A stretch of 64,000 nucleotides of DNA from Candidatus Latescibacterota bacterium (GCA_963422735.1 OY730476.1:4768001-4832000), one strand, 5' to 3'; positions 1 through 10,181 are shown, numbered from the stretch's first letter. Notes: generated by a model not told the origin, from the letters alone. Made by a program: numbers and translations.

Positions 1-361
1 GCCCAGCGGCCTGCCGCCACCGGGTCTCGAATTGGCCGCTAGGGCGGGCCTTGTGGTCTCGGTTCCCGCGCCAGCGGCCCGGCCTGTGGCCGTGCGAGTG
101 TTCAATTTTCCCAACCCCTTTAATGCCTCAACTTCGATTTCAGTGGCACTGCCAGAGGCGGCGCAAGTCGATATCGAGGTGTACAATATTTTGGGGCAAG
201 TGGTGCGGCGGCTCTTTAAGGGATACTGGCCAGCCGGCGTCTATCAGCTAGCGTGGGATGGGCGCGACGAGGGCGGGCGAGCGGCCGCCAGCGGAGTATA
301 TCTCATCTCAGCGCAGATGGGTGGCGCACGCTACCTAGCGCGGATGACCCTCCTGCGCTAA
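1..361 (+). CDS. 3' end of a secreted protein with a C-terminal FlgD-Ig/T9SS-type sorting domain (partial, starts before window)
   Basis: NFPNPFNASTSI...IEVYNILGQVVRRL...WDGRDEGGR.AASGVYL motif; frame is open back to the window edge. Confidence 0.85.
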   Translation, partial: PSGLPPPGLELAARAGLVVSVPAPAARPVAVRVFNFPNPFNASTSISVALPEAAQVDIEVYNILGQVVRRLFKGYWPAGVYQLAWDGRDEGGRAAASGVYLISAQMGGARYLARMTLLR

Positions 362-362
362 A

Positions 363-1284
363 GTGGACCGGCAGGTTTTTGCCTACGAGGCGCTCGCCGC
401 CCTGCTGCTGTGGGGATGCGGACGAGAGCCTGAATCCGCGAGCGGCAGTGTGCGGTTTCGCGGGGGGCTTACTCTTCGTGTTGGCTTGGCTCATAAGCAC
501 CGGTCTCGATGTGTATGTAGCCGTCCTGCTGGTCGTTGGTGCCTTAGTTGTGTTTATCGGCCCCGCGCGCATAACCTGCGAGGCGGGTCTGCCTAGTATC
601 CAGACGCCGATGGTACCCCAGGCTTTTATGATCCGTGGCTTTGGCCCCCAAGTGCTGGGCCTGCAGAATATGACCGGCTTGGGGTTGAGCACGGTGTGGT
701 TAGGGGATACTGCGGCCAATATGATGAATTCAGTGATGCACAGCTTGCGCCTGAGCTCCGGCCAGGAGCACCATCTGCGCCACCTGCCTTGGGCGCTGCT
801 TCTCGCCCTAGTGGTTGCGCTGGCCGGTTCGATTTGGTACACCATGAGCTTGGCCTATACCCACGGCGGCATCAATCTGCACGGTTGGTACTTTCGCGGC
901 GTTGTGCGCTGGCCCTTCAATCACATGGCCTTGCTGGCCAACGCGCCCGAAGCGAGCTTTGCGCCCCGGCTGACCTTTATTTCCCTAGGAGCTGGCGTCA
1001 TGGGCGCACTGCTCTACCTGCGCCAGCGCTTTTTGGCTTGGCCCCTGCACCCCATCGGCTTCCCAGTGTCCAACACGCACCCGATCATCACCTTCGGCTG
1101 GTCGTCCATCCTGATAGCTTGGTTGTGCAAGGCGGCAATTCTGCGCTATGGTGGGGTACGGCTCTACCAGGCGATGAGCCCCTTCTTTTTGGGCCTAGCG
1201 CTGGGCGAGTTTTCCGCTTCTGCACGCTGGGTCTTTATCGACGGAGCATTCGGGGTAGAGGGCAATATGATTTTTGTATTCTGA
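363..1284 (+). pseudogene. Truncated DUF6785/DUF6784 membrane protein (C-terminal half) joined out of frame to a lipoprotein start
   Basis: From ~415 the frame (DADESLNPRAA...WPLHPIGF...LRYGGVRLYQ..PFFLGL) aligns to the C-terminal half of the 51014 and 57467 paralogs; roughly the first 350 aa are missing; GTG363 reads ...ALLLWGC (lipobox) in another frame. Confidence 0.7.
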
Positions 1285-1316
1285 GGTTTCAGCAGGGGCG
1301 CGAAAAGGAAATCCAA

Positions 1317-1796
1317 ATGCGATACTTGCGCTCGCTCAAATTGCTCTTGATCGTCGCGACGGTCGGCGCGGTGCTAGCTCTTTTTGAACAGCAGCGCACG
1401 ACCGAGTACAGGCACCTTTTGGAACGTACGCACGCGCGGGGGCAGCCGCAGCTCAAAGGCACGTCTTTGCAGGAGTTGGCACAGGTGCTGCTGGAGTTGT
1501 ATCCAGAGGGTGCGGAAGCCAATCTACTGATGGGCACGGCCCTAGCCGAGGAGGGGCGGTTGGAGGAAGCCCGGGCACATCTAGAGAAGGCCATGGAAGT
1601 GAACCCGCGCAACTTGCAGCTACTCTTTTTGTACGCGCGGCTCTTGCTAGATATGGGAGAAGATGTGGAGAAAGTGCAAGAGGTAGTAGAAGAGTTGAGC
1701 CGGTACTTTCCGCGGTCGCGGGAGAAGGTAGAGCAGTACTTTGCAGAGGCTTCAAAGGGGAAGATGCGGTTTGGCGGGGATGATCTTTATCGTTGA
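1317..1796 (+). CDS. Small TPR protein with N-terminal membrane anchor
   Basis: ATG1317 after AAGGAA; hydrophobic N-terminus; ANLLMGTALAEEGRLEEARAHLEKAMEVNP TPR. Confidence 0.8.
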   Translation: MRYLRSLKLLLIVATVGAVLALFEQQRTTEYRHLLERTHARGQPQLKGTSLQELAQVLLELYPEGAEANLLMGTALAEEGRLEEARAHLEKAMEVNPRNLQLLFLYARLLLDMGEDVEKVQEVVEELSRYFPRSREKVEQYFAEASKGKMRFGGDDLYR

Positions 1797-1819
1797 AGCC
1801 GCGTCCGCACCGCGCCTGC

Positions 1820-3454
1820 TCAGGCCCCGTTGCGCAAGCGGTCCTCGTAGATGTGAATCTGGTCGGCGTACTGATCGTTGAGTTTGACCAGCAGCGCATC
1901 GAAGCGTTCCCGGGTTAGGTCTTGGAGCAGGTGGGAGCGCACCCGGCCCCAGACCTCGTCTAGGCTCTGCTGGCGACCGGGTATCTTCTTAAGCACCTTG
2001 AAGACCGTAAAGCCCTGCGCGGTCTTGACCGGGCCGACGATTTGGCCGATCCCGGCGTCTTTGGCCTCCCAACCTAAGTTGCCGTACTTGTCGGGACGCA
2101 AAAGCTGGATGCGTCCTTCGGCGCGGCGGATGCGGGTGCTGCGCCGCGAATAGCGGCGGGCTAGCTCGCCGAAGTCGCTGCCGCGTTCAATGGCGGCCAA
2201 TACGGAGTCCGCCTGCACACGGGTATCGACGAGGATTTCGAGGATCGAGATCCGCTCCTCGCGCACGTAGAGGTCCTTGTGCGTCTCGTAGTACGCGTGA
2301 ATTTCCTCTTTGGACGGGTTGAGCGTTTCGAGCACTTTGACTTGGCGGATGCGCTCGACTAAAGCTCGGCGGCGCGTGGTTTCAATGCCCTTGGCGATGC
2401 GCTCGGCCTCGTGGATGCCTATTTCGCGGGCGTGGCGCGGCAACAGGACCTTGAGGGCATAGAGGCGACGGGCGAAGCGGCGCAAGTCATCCAATTCGCG
2501 GATCTCTGCCGGGTTGCGCTCGCTGGTCATGGCCGCCATGAAGTTATTCAGGGTCCACGACTCGCCGTCGAGTTCGAGCAGCACTAGCTGGGTCTCCCCT
2601 TTTTTGAACGTGGGCATTTCTTCGCCGGCTGCGCTGAGCCGGGCCAAGAGCAGCTCGAAGGTCTCTCGCCGTTCCCTAATATCGGCGCGGTTGGCTAGTC
2701 CTTCGAGGAATTCAAAGGTGGCGATGGCGTGCTTCTGCTCCTGCATGGTCCTGATAACAGCGGGGGCCACATCCTCGAAGGGCACTTCGCGCTCGTCGGT
2801 GACGACGAAGACCGAGAAGCCGTCTGGCTCCTGCACGGGACCGATGATCTCGCCCGGTTTGGCTCCGAATATCTGGCGGCGCAAAACGTAGTTTTTGAAG
2901 TCGAGGCGGCTCTTCCAGCCGAGGTCGCCGCCCTGCTGGGCGGTGTTGCCATCGTCGGAGAGTTCGCTCGCTACCACGGCAAAGCTGTCGGGGCCGCGCA
3001 GACGTGCGAGCACGAGGTCAATGGCAGCTGGCCCGCTGGCGAGGATGCGGCTCAGGCGGCGCTGTTGGCCGATGCGGTGCTGCTCAAAGTACTGGCGGGC
3101 CTTGTCGCGGTCTATATCCTTGGCGACAGCGACCACGCCGCGACGGTACATTTCGTCGAGGATGAGTTCCTGTTCCTGCTGCGCGACTTTGCTTTTGACT
3201 TGGAAGTCGTTTTCTAAGCCCTCTCGGCGGGCGGCCAACAGCAAGATCTCGATGTTGATGAGTCGCTCAAGTGCTTGGCGTTGGAGGTCGTCCGGGGCGT
3301 TCTTGGGAAAAAGCCGCGAGGCCGCGCGCTCGACGCGGTCGAGCGTGATGGCGACGTCGCCAACGCGGGCGAGTACATCTGGGTCGGGTGGGGGTTCGGG
3401 GACGGTGCAGGCGGAGAATAAAGCACTGAACAACAAGAAAAAAAGATGCAGCAA
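1820..3454 (-). CDS. SurA/PrsA-like lipoprotein with two parvulin-type domains
   Basis: Lipobox FSAC; F..VASELSDD..TAQQGGDLGW and F.ELARRYS..GQIVGPVKTAQGF parvulin patterns. Confidence 0.85.
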   Translation of the reverse strand: MLHLFFLLFSALFSACTVPEPPPDPDVLARVGDVAITLDRVERAASRLFPKNAPDDLQRQALERLINIEILLLAARREGLENDFQVKSKVAQQEQELILDEMYRRGVVAVAKDIDRDKARQYFEQHRIGQQRRLSRILASGPAAIDLVLARLRGPDSFAVVASELSDDGNTAQQGGDLGWKSRLDFKNYVLRRQIFGAKPGEIIGPVQEPDGFSVFVVTDEREVPFEDVAPAVIRTMQEQKHAIATFEFLEGLANRADIRERRETFELLLARLSAAGEEMPTFKKGETQLVLLELDGESWTLNNFMAAMTSERNPAEIRELDDLRRFARRLYALKVLLPRHAREIGIHEAERIAKGIETTRRRALVERIRQVKVLETLNPSKEEIHAYYETHKDLYVREERISILEILVDTRVQADSVLAAIERGSDFGELARRYSRRSTRIRRAEGRIQLLRPDKYGNLGWEAKDAGIGQIVGPVKTAQGFTVFKVLKKIPGRQQSLDEVWGRVRSHLLQDLTRERFDALLVKLNDQYADQIHIYEDRLRNGA

Positions 3455-3555
3455 AAAGGCCTCCTAGTGGAAATTTTATCTATTCCAATAAATATATTAG
3501 TGCCGTGTAATTTTACTAAGTGCTAATTATGTTACTGACGTTGTGCAGTTTGCCG

Positions 3556-3695
3556 CACAATGCGTGGTTTCGCCTCGCCTCCCCCTCCCGGCGGAAGCAG
3601 GCTTCACCGCGCCACCCGTTTTCACGGGCGCAGGCTTTAGGCGCGACATCCACCGGGGGGCCACTGGTCGGAACCGTCCGCGACAAAGCACTGCG
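3556..3695 (-). ncRNA. Candidate rod-shaped structured RNA of unknown family
   Basis: Nested stems with G-U pairs on the minus strand and a GAAA-capped terminal hairpin; GC-rich block between AT-rich promoter-like segments. Confidence 0.4.
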
Positions 3696-3741
3696 TAATG
3701 TCAGTTATAATATTGTGGACAATAAGCAATTCTGTATCAAA

Positions 3742-6700
3742 ATGATGTTTATTCCAAGCAGACTTTCAATGTGCATCGTCGCTTTAGTGTGCGGCTGCGC
3801 TGCGAGCGATTCGCCACCCGCGCCCGCAGTGCGCTTCGTCGATGCGACCGCTGCAGCAGGGATCGACTTTGTGCATACCAGCGGTCGGTCCGGGCGCAAA
3901 TACGGGGTGGAGACAATTGGTTCTGGAGCGGCGTTTTTCGATTACAACCGCGACGGGTGGATGGATTTGTACGTGGTCAATGGGGCGGATTTGCCCGGGT
4001 ATGTCTCGGCGGTGCCGCCGCAAAACGCGCTGTATCGCAACGACCGCGGACACTTTGCCGAGGTCGGCGAAAGCCTCGGGGTGGCAGACGCAGGCTACGG
4101 CATGGGCGCGTCGGTCGGGGACTACGACAACGATGGGGACGCCGATCTTTTCGCAGCCAACTTTGGCCGCAACCGGCTCTATCGCAACGAAGGATCGGCG
4201 ATGGCTTGGGCTTTTGCGGATGTGACGGCCGCGGCCGGGATCGGGGCGGACGAGCGGTGGTCAACCGGATCGTCGTTTGTCGATTGCGATCTCGACGGCG
4301 ACTTAGACCTGTACGTAGCCAACTACTTGCACTACGAATTTGAGCGCGGCGAGCTGAGCGCGGGCGGAACGCTGCGCTGGCCGCGGCGGCACTTGGCCCC
4401 CACCGAATACCGAGGGCAGCGGAACGCGCTCTGGCGCAACGACGGCGATCGCTTTGTGGACGCGACCGCCGCGGCTGGGCTGCTCACGCGCGAAGGCCGC
4501 GAGCTGGGAGCGGTGTTTTTCGACTACGACCTCGATGGCGACCCCGATTTGTTTCAGGGCAATGACGCCACGCCGAATTTTCTCTGGCGCAACGACGGTG
4601 GCCGCTTTGCCGAAGTGGGGCTTGTAGCCGGTGTGGCGTACAACGCCGGAGGCAAGCCCGAAGGCACGATGGGTGTGGATGTGGCCGATGGCGATGGCGA
4701 TGGTCGCCTCGACTTGGCGATGACCAATTTTCAGTGGGAGAGCAACACCCTGTACCACAACGCGGGCGGCGGGATGTTTGCCGACGAATCGCTGGCCGCG
4801 GGTCTAGCCGCTACCAGCTTGGACAAGCTGGCCTTTGGCATCAACTTTCTCGACGCCGACAACGATGGCGACCCTGATCTCTACGTGGCCAATGGCCACA
4901 TCGATGAAGACATCGACCGATTTGACCCACAGGCCGCGTACGGTCAGAGCGATCAGTTGTACCTCAACGATGGCCAAGGCCGCTTTGCCGACGCGAGTGC
5001 GGCCGCTGGCGTGGCCGCGCCGACGCGGGATTTGGTCGGCCGCGGCTCGGCCGTAGCCGATTACGACAACGACGGCGACCCCGATATTTTCTTAGTTAAC
5101 ACCGGGCAACGCGCCCTGCTTTGGCGCAACGACACCCAAGCGGGCCACTACTTGGCGCTGGCACTAGAGGGGCGGACAAGCAACCGCGATGGGTACGGTG
5201 CCCGCGTGGTGGTGCGCGTGGCCGGTCGGACGCTGGTGGCGGAAAAGCGCAGCGCGGCGAGCTATTTGTCGCAAAACGACGCGCGGATGTTCTTTGGGCT
5301 GGGGTCGAGCGAAAAAGCCGAGGAGGTGGAGATCGGGTGGCCTTCGGGCGTGCGCCAAGTTTTAACGGGTGTACGCGCCGGGCAGGTGCTGCGAGTCGTC
5401 GAGCCGGATGCGAGCGCACCGCAAGAGGCGGCTGGTGCAGCTCTCGCGCAGGCTACGCCCCAAGGCCGCGATGCCGAGGATCTGGAGCAATTCTGGCGGC
5501 AAGCGCCTTTAGTCCTGCCAACAAAGACGCGGGCTGCCCTGCCGCCCACAGCCCCTCTGTCCGAGTTGCGCGCCGCGTCCCAAGCCCAGCCAGAGATAGC
5601 CGATGTCCACATCGAACTAGCCGACGCACTTGTGCGCGAGCGCACGTACGACGAGGCCGAGGCCGCTTATCGCCGCGCCTTACAGCTCGACGCGGGCGCG
5701 TCCCAAGCCTACGTGGGTTTGGGCCGGCTTTACGCCGATCGCGGTGCGCTCAGGCAAGCGGTCGGTGCGCTCAGGCAGGCGATCGCGCTCGACAGCACCT
5801 TGGCCGAGCCACACTATGCCTTGGGCAACATCCACCTGCGCCAACGGCGTTTGGCCGCGGCTGTGCCGCTCTACGAACGCGCCATCGCGCTGTCGCCGCG
5901 CTACCTCCAAGCCTATTTCAACTTGGCCGGCTTGCACGCGCGGCAGACCGATTACGGCCCGGCTATAGCCGTTTTGCGCCAGGGCCTCGCGGCTCTGCCC
6001 GAGGAAGTGGAACTCATGCTGCAATTGGCGCGGATCTATTTTGCCCAGGCGCAATACGAAGATGCAATAGCGCAACTTTCCAGCGTGGTGCAAGCGCAGC
6101 CCGAACGCGCTGAAGCACGCGAACTGATGGCCCAGATCTGGATGGCGCGTGCGGCCGCGGATTCTGCTCGCGCCGCTTTGCAGCAGGGGTTGGAGTACGC
6201 CCCGGACAGTGCCGCGCTCTTGGGGCGGCTGGGCATCGTGCTCCTGCAGGAGGGCGCGGACGCCGAGGCCATACCCCTTTTGCAGCGGGCTTTAGCCGCG
6301 GACCCGGACCGCACGGAAGTGTACTATCACTTGGGCCAGGCGTTGTTGCGGCGTGGCGAGGCCATGCGCGGCCGCAAGCTTCTCGACTATTTCCACTCCT
6401 TGCAGCAGGAGCACCAAAAGTTGTTGGCCCACAAAACGGCCTTGGTACTTAATCCCAACGACGCGGACGCGTACTACAAGTTGGGTGCAGTCTATGCGCG
6501 GATTGGCCGCTACGAGGCCGCCAGCCAAGCGTACCAAGCGGCCTTGGCCGTGGCGCCGGGTCATCTCGACGCCCGCAACAACTTGGGCAACATCTACCTC
6601 CGTCGTCGAGCACTGGGGCTGGCCATTGCCGCGTACCAAGAGGTGTTGCGCCGCGACCCCCACTACGCCCGTGCCCACTACAATTTGGGCAACGCGTACC

Positions 6701-6828
6701 TGTTGGCCGGCGAGAAGGCCCGTGCAGTGGCGGCGTTTGCCCGAGCGGTCGAAGCCGACCCCGAACACCGCAAGGCGCGGCAGATGCTCGCCGAACTACG
6801 TCGGCGCGAGGCCCAAGATGAGCGCTGA
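3742..6828 (+). CDS. CRTAC1/ASPIC-UnbV FG-GAP lipoprotein fused to a C-terminal TPR array
   Basis: Repeated D(Y/C)DxDGDxDL(F/Y)VAN blades; SNRDGYGARV..SYLSQND..FFGLG..WPSG ASPIC-UnbV; multiple TPRs; start 3742 or 3769 rather than 3520. Confidence 0.9.
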   Translation: MMFIPSRLSMCIVALVCGCAASDSPPAPAVRFVDATAAAGIDFVHTSGRSGRKYGVETIGSGAAFFDYNRDGWMDLYVVNGADLPGYVSAVPPQNALYRNDRGHFAEVGESLGVADAGYGMGASVGDYDNDGDADLFAANFGRNRLYRNEGSAMAWAFADVTAAAGIGADERWSTGSSFVDCDLDGDLDLYVANYLHYEFERGELSAGGTLRWPRRHLAPTEYRGQRNALWRNDGDRFVDATAAAGLLTREGRELGAVFFDYDLDGDPDLFQGNDATPNFLWRNDGGRFAEVGLVAGVAYNAGGKPEGTMGVDVADGDGDGRLDLAMTNFQWESNTLYHNAGGGMFADESLAAGLAATSLDKLAFGINFLDADNDGDPDLYVANGHIDEDIDRFDPQAAYGQSDQLYLNDGQGRFADASAAAGVAAPTRDLVGRGSAVADYDNDGDPDIFLVNTGQRALLWRNDTQAGHYLALALEGRTSNRDGYGARVVVRVAGRTLVAEKRSAASYLSQNDARMFFGLGSSEKAEEVEIGWPSGVRQVLTGVRAGQVLRVVEPDASAPQEAAGAALAQATPQGRDAEDLEQFWRQAPLVLPTKTRAALPPTAPLSELRAASQAQPEIADVHIELADALVRERTYDEAEAAYRRALQLDAGASQAYVGLGRLYADRGALRQAVGALRQAIALDSTLAEPHYALGNIHLRQRRLAAAVPLYERAIALSPRYLQAYFNLAGLHARQTDYGPAIAVLRQGLAALPEEVELMLQLARIYFAQAQYEDAIAQLSSVVQAQPERAEARELMAQIWMARAAADSARAALQQGLEYAPDSAALLGRLGIVLLQEGADAEAIPLLQRALAADPDRTEVYYHLGQALLRRGEAMRGRKLLDYFHSLQQEHQKLLAHKTALVLNPNDADAYYKLGAVYARIGRYEAASQAYQAALAVAPGHLDARNNLGNIYLRRRALGLAIAAYQEVLRRDPHYARAHYNLGNAYLLAGEKARAVAAFARAVEADPEHRKARQMLAELRRREAQDER

Positions 6829-9265
6829 GCGGCGGCTGCAGCTCGGCGTGGGATTGGTGGCTGCGGCCACCATCGGCTATGAAATCGGCCTCGTCCGGCT
6901 GTTTTCCTTTTTGCAGCACTATCACTACACGTTTCTCGTGGTCTCAGGGGCGGTCTGCGGCTTGGGACTGGGGGCTGCGTTGAGTGCGGTGCTGCGGGTG
7001 CAGGAGGAGCGGCTGTACAGGTGCTTGGGCTATTGGGCTGGTTTTTGCGGATGCAGCATGGGGCTGGGGGCACTCGCGTTGGCTCAGTTCCCCCGCATGC
7101 CGCTGTGGATGTTGGTGGGGGTGGCCGGGGTGCCGTTTGTCGCAGCGGGTGCGTTGCTTGCTCTGGCGTTCCGCGCGCGCCATCGGCACAGCCAAGTGCT
7201 CTACTTTTGGGATCTGGTCGGCGCAGCACTGGGCATTCTGTGGATCGCGCCGGCACTGGAGTGGTTGGGAAGTGTAGGTGCGCTGGCGAGTGCCGGCGTC
7301 TTCGCACTCGCGGCGGCTGCGCTGTGGGTCGGCGGCTGGGGAGTATGGGTCGCTCCGCTCCTTTTGGCCGCCTTGCTCGCGGTCCAACGCGATGCTCAGC
7401 ATGAGCTGATTGACCTCACTGCCCTAGCTGAGGCCGGCGATAAGCCCATGTTCCGCGCCTTGGGCGCGGTGCGCCACCGAGGAGAAATAAAGGCCACGCG
7501 CTGGAGCGCGTACGCGCGTACCGACATGGTCGATCGCACGGGCGACACGGGCCTGAACTTGTATGTAGATGGCGGGGCTGGCTCGTACATGTTCCGCTTT
7601 CCCGAGGATTACCGGCGGCTGTTTTTCTTGCGCCGCGAGGTCGCGTTTTTCCCCTATTACTTTTCGCAGCGCGAGCGTGCCCTGATCATCGGGCCGGGCG
7701 GTGGTGCCGACGTGCTCTATGCACTGATGACCGGCTGGCGGAAAATTGAAGCCGTAGAGATCAACCCGGAGATCGCCGCGCTGGTCCGCTTATATGGAGA
7801 GTACAACGGCCATTTGTACGACTTGGAGGGCGTGGAACTGCACATCGGCGATGGCCGCAACTATTTGGAGCGTTCCCGCGTGCGCTACGATCTAATCGCC
7901 CTGCCCTTGGTGTATGCCGAGGCGGCCGATCTGGTGGGGTACGCGCTCTCCGAGAACTACCTATTCACCCGCGAGGCGTTTGCCGCCTATCTCGATCACC
8001 TCACCGAGGGCGGTCGGCTGGCTCTCGTAGTTCACAATCACGCGCTGATGTTGCGCGTGGTTGCCACTTTAGGGGCCTTGTGGGAAGAGCGCGGCCGCGA
8101 GCCGAGCGAGGTTCTCGACCACCTCATTGTCGTCAATGGCACCCGCGGCGATCCGGCGCGGCAAGAAGCTCACCGCCCCCTATTGCTGGTGCAGCAGCAG
8201 CCCTATACAGCCGAGCAATTGGCACGGCTACACGCGGCTATGGAGGAGTTGGGTTTAGACGCGTACTTTTCGCCCGGCAGGCGCGAACGGCCCGAGCTGG
8301 CGGCGTTGCGCGGGGCTACCTTGGCGGACTTTGTCGCCGCTGCCGCACTCGACATCTCGCCGACGACCGACGATCGGCCCTTCTTTTACGACGCTACGCG
8401 CGGGCTGGATTCCAAGCTGGCCCGGCTGTTGGTCGGTGCGTTGTTGGCGTGTGTGCTGGTGATGGTGGTGCCGCTGCCGAACATGCGCCAGCGAAGCGCG
8501 TCCGGGCCACCGCCGCTGTTGTGGGCGTTGTTCGCCGCCGGGTTGGGCGCGGGCTTTATGATGGTGGAGATCCATCTCTTGCAGCGCTTTGGCCTGTTTC
8601 TCGGCTATCCAACTCTGACGCTGGCGGTCGCGCTTTTTGGGCTTTTGTTGGGCACCGGGGCCGGGAGCCTCGCGGGCGGATGGTGCCGCCCGCTCGCACA
8701 CCCTCGGGGGCTGGGGTTGGTCGGCGTGGCCGTCGGCTTGGTCTGCTATCTCTACGGGTTCTTGCTCGATGGCGCGCTTGCAGGGGCGTTGGCGTGGCCG
8801 CTGGCAGCACGGGTGGGGCTAACGCTGGCTCTCGTCGCGCCGCTCGGAATGTTGTTGGGCACTTGTTTTTCGGCCTGTCTGCGCTTGGGTGGTGTGCAAC
8901 ATGCAGGACTCGTCCCTTGGCTGTGGGCCGTCAACGGTTTCTTTTCAGTGCTCGGATCGGTCGGGGCCGTGGCTTTGGGCATGGAGTGGGGAGTAAGCGC
9001 ATCGCTGGCGGTCGGCGCGGCTGCGTATGTGGCAGTGGGTATGGCGCTCTTCTTGGGCAGCCGTCGAACGGCTCCAGGTGCGGAAGTTGCCCGGCCGGTC
9101 GGCGCGGGCCGCTGGGCAATAGGTGCCCTGCTCTTGGTTGCGCTGGTGTGGTATGCGGCCTTTAGCTTTATCGGCGTACGCTATTGGGACGCAGCCCCTT
9201 CGGCAGCTCATCCGCGCCCGCCGGTTGCGGCCGAGGTTTGGCCGGACGCGCTTAGGGCCTTTTGA
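6818..9265 (+). CDS. Polytopic membrane protein with a central spermidine-synthase-like SAM-binding domain
   Basis: ATG6818 overlaps the upstream stop; LIIGPGGGADV, EAVEINP, DGRNYL, TDDRPFF; TM blocks on both sides. Confidence 0.85.
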   Translation: MSAERRLQLGVGLVAAATIGYEIGLVRLFSFLQHYHYTFLVVSGAVCGLGLGAALSAVLRVQEERLYRCLGYWAGFCGCSMGLGALALAQFPRMPLWMLVGVAGVPFVAAGALLALAFRARHRHSQVLYFWDLVGAALGILWIAPALEWLGSVGALASAGVFALAAAALWVGGWGVWVAPLLLAALLAVQRDAQHELIDLTALAEAGDKPMFRALGAVRHRGEIKATRWSAYARTDMVDRTGDTGLNLYVDGGAGSYMFRFPEDYRRLFFLRREVAFFPYYFSQRERALIIGPGGGADVLYALMTGWRKIEAVEINPEIAALVRLYGEYNGHLYDLEGVELHIGDGRNYLERSRVRYDLIALPLVYAEAADLVGYALSENYLFTREAFAAYLDHLTEGGRLALVVHNHALMLRVVATLGALWEERGREPSEVLDHLIVVNGTRGDPARQEAHRPLLLVQQQPYTAEQLARLHAAMEELGLDAYFSPGRRERPELAALRGATLADFVAAAALDISPTTDDRPFFYDATRGLDSKLARLLVGALLACVLVMVVPLPNMRQRSASGPPPLLWALFAAGLGAGFMMVEIHLLQRFGLFLGYPTLTLAVALFGLLLGTGAGSLAGGWCRPLAHPRGLGLVGVAVGLVCYLYGFLLDGALAGALAWPLAARVGLTLALVAPLGMLLGTCFSACLRLGGVQHAGLVPWLWAVNGFFSVLGSVGAVALGMEWGVSASLAVGAAAYVAVGMALFLGSRRTAPGAEVARPVGAGRWAIGALLLVALVWYAAFSFIGVRYWDAAPSAAHPRPPVAAEVWPDALRAF

Positions 9266-9507
9266 GGGCGTAAACAAAAAGGACTGTTTAATCAGTGGTT
9301 AGGGGTTAGGGGTCCGTTCCATCCGCCCCCTTGGCGGTGGGTACCCGGCTACGGGCCCCGGAACATTGACGCGGGGGACCGCGCTGGTCCAGACGAGGGC
9401 TACGGGCATGCCGAGTGAAACCGGAATTCCCAACCGTACACTAGGAAATTCCGTAGTTTTATAAGTATTGTCCCCATACATTCCCCGTTTCCTTCAGGAG
9501 AGTCCCC

Positions 9508-10173
9508 ATGAACGCACCCGCCGATTCCCATCCTCTCCGCTTTGACGTCGATTATCCCGACCGGCCCCTCAATCGCCTCACGACCTTCTTCCGGCTGTTT
9601 ACCGTCATTCCCATTTCTATCGTCTTGGCTAGCATAGACACCAGTTTTACTATGCAGTACTTCTCCGATAGCTTTTTCGGATGGGATCAAGACAAAGGCT
9701 GGAATTGGGGATATCCCAGTGGCCTCGGCCTGCTCTTTATCCCGATCCTGCTCATGCTGGTCTTCCGCCGCAAGTACCCTCGCTGGTGGTTCGACTGGAA
9801 TCTCGAGCTCCTGCGCTTCTCCTCCCGAGTTTCGGCCTACTTAGGGCTGCTGCGCGACGAATACCCCTCCACCGACGAGGAACAAGCCGTCCACCTCGAC
9901 ATTGATTACCCAGATGCCCAGCAAGATCTCAACCGCTGGTTGCCCCTAATCAAGTGGTTTTTGGCCATTCCCCACTACATCGTCCTAACCCTGCTCGGGG
10001 TCGTAGTTTTGCTCTGTCTTATCGGGGCTTGGTTCGCCATCCTTTTCACTGGGCACTACCCTCGCGCCTTGTTCGATCTGGTCGTCGGTTTCAATCGTTG
10101 GTGGCTGCGCGTTATCGCTTACGCTTTTATCCTAGTCACCGACGAGTACCCGCCCTTCCGGCTATCTGATTAG
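9508..10173 (+). CDS. DUF4389 domain membrane protein
   Basis: Two repeats of YPRWWFD...RV.AY..L.DEYP; RBS AGGAG. Confidence 0.85.
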   Translation: MNAPADSHPLRFDVDYPDRPLNRLTTFFRLFTVIPISIVLASIDTSFTMQYFSDSFFGWDQDKGWNWGYPSGLGLLFIPILLMLVFRRKYPRWWFDWNLELLRFSSRVSAYLGLLRDEYPSTDEEQAVHLDIDYPDAQQDLNRWLPLIKWFLAIPHYIVLTLLGVVVLLCLIGAWFAILFTGHYPRALFDLVVGFNRWWLRVIAYAFILVTDEYPPFRLSD

Positions 10174-10181
10174 GAGTGCTT

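Noticed and set aside
3520-3741. N-terminal extensions in the ORF track (also 696, 6353, 37041, 37565, 41080, 42228, 56487)
   Set aside because: Downstream starts give signal peptides, RBSs or stop-start coupling; extensions overlap other features
9385-9425. Hammerhead ribozyme (CAGACGAG...GAAAC)
   Set aside because: Core deviates from CUGANGA and stem II does not abut the core
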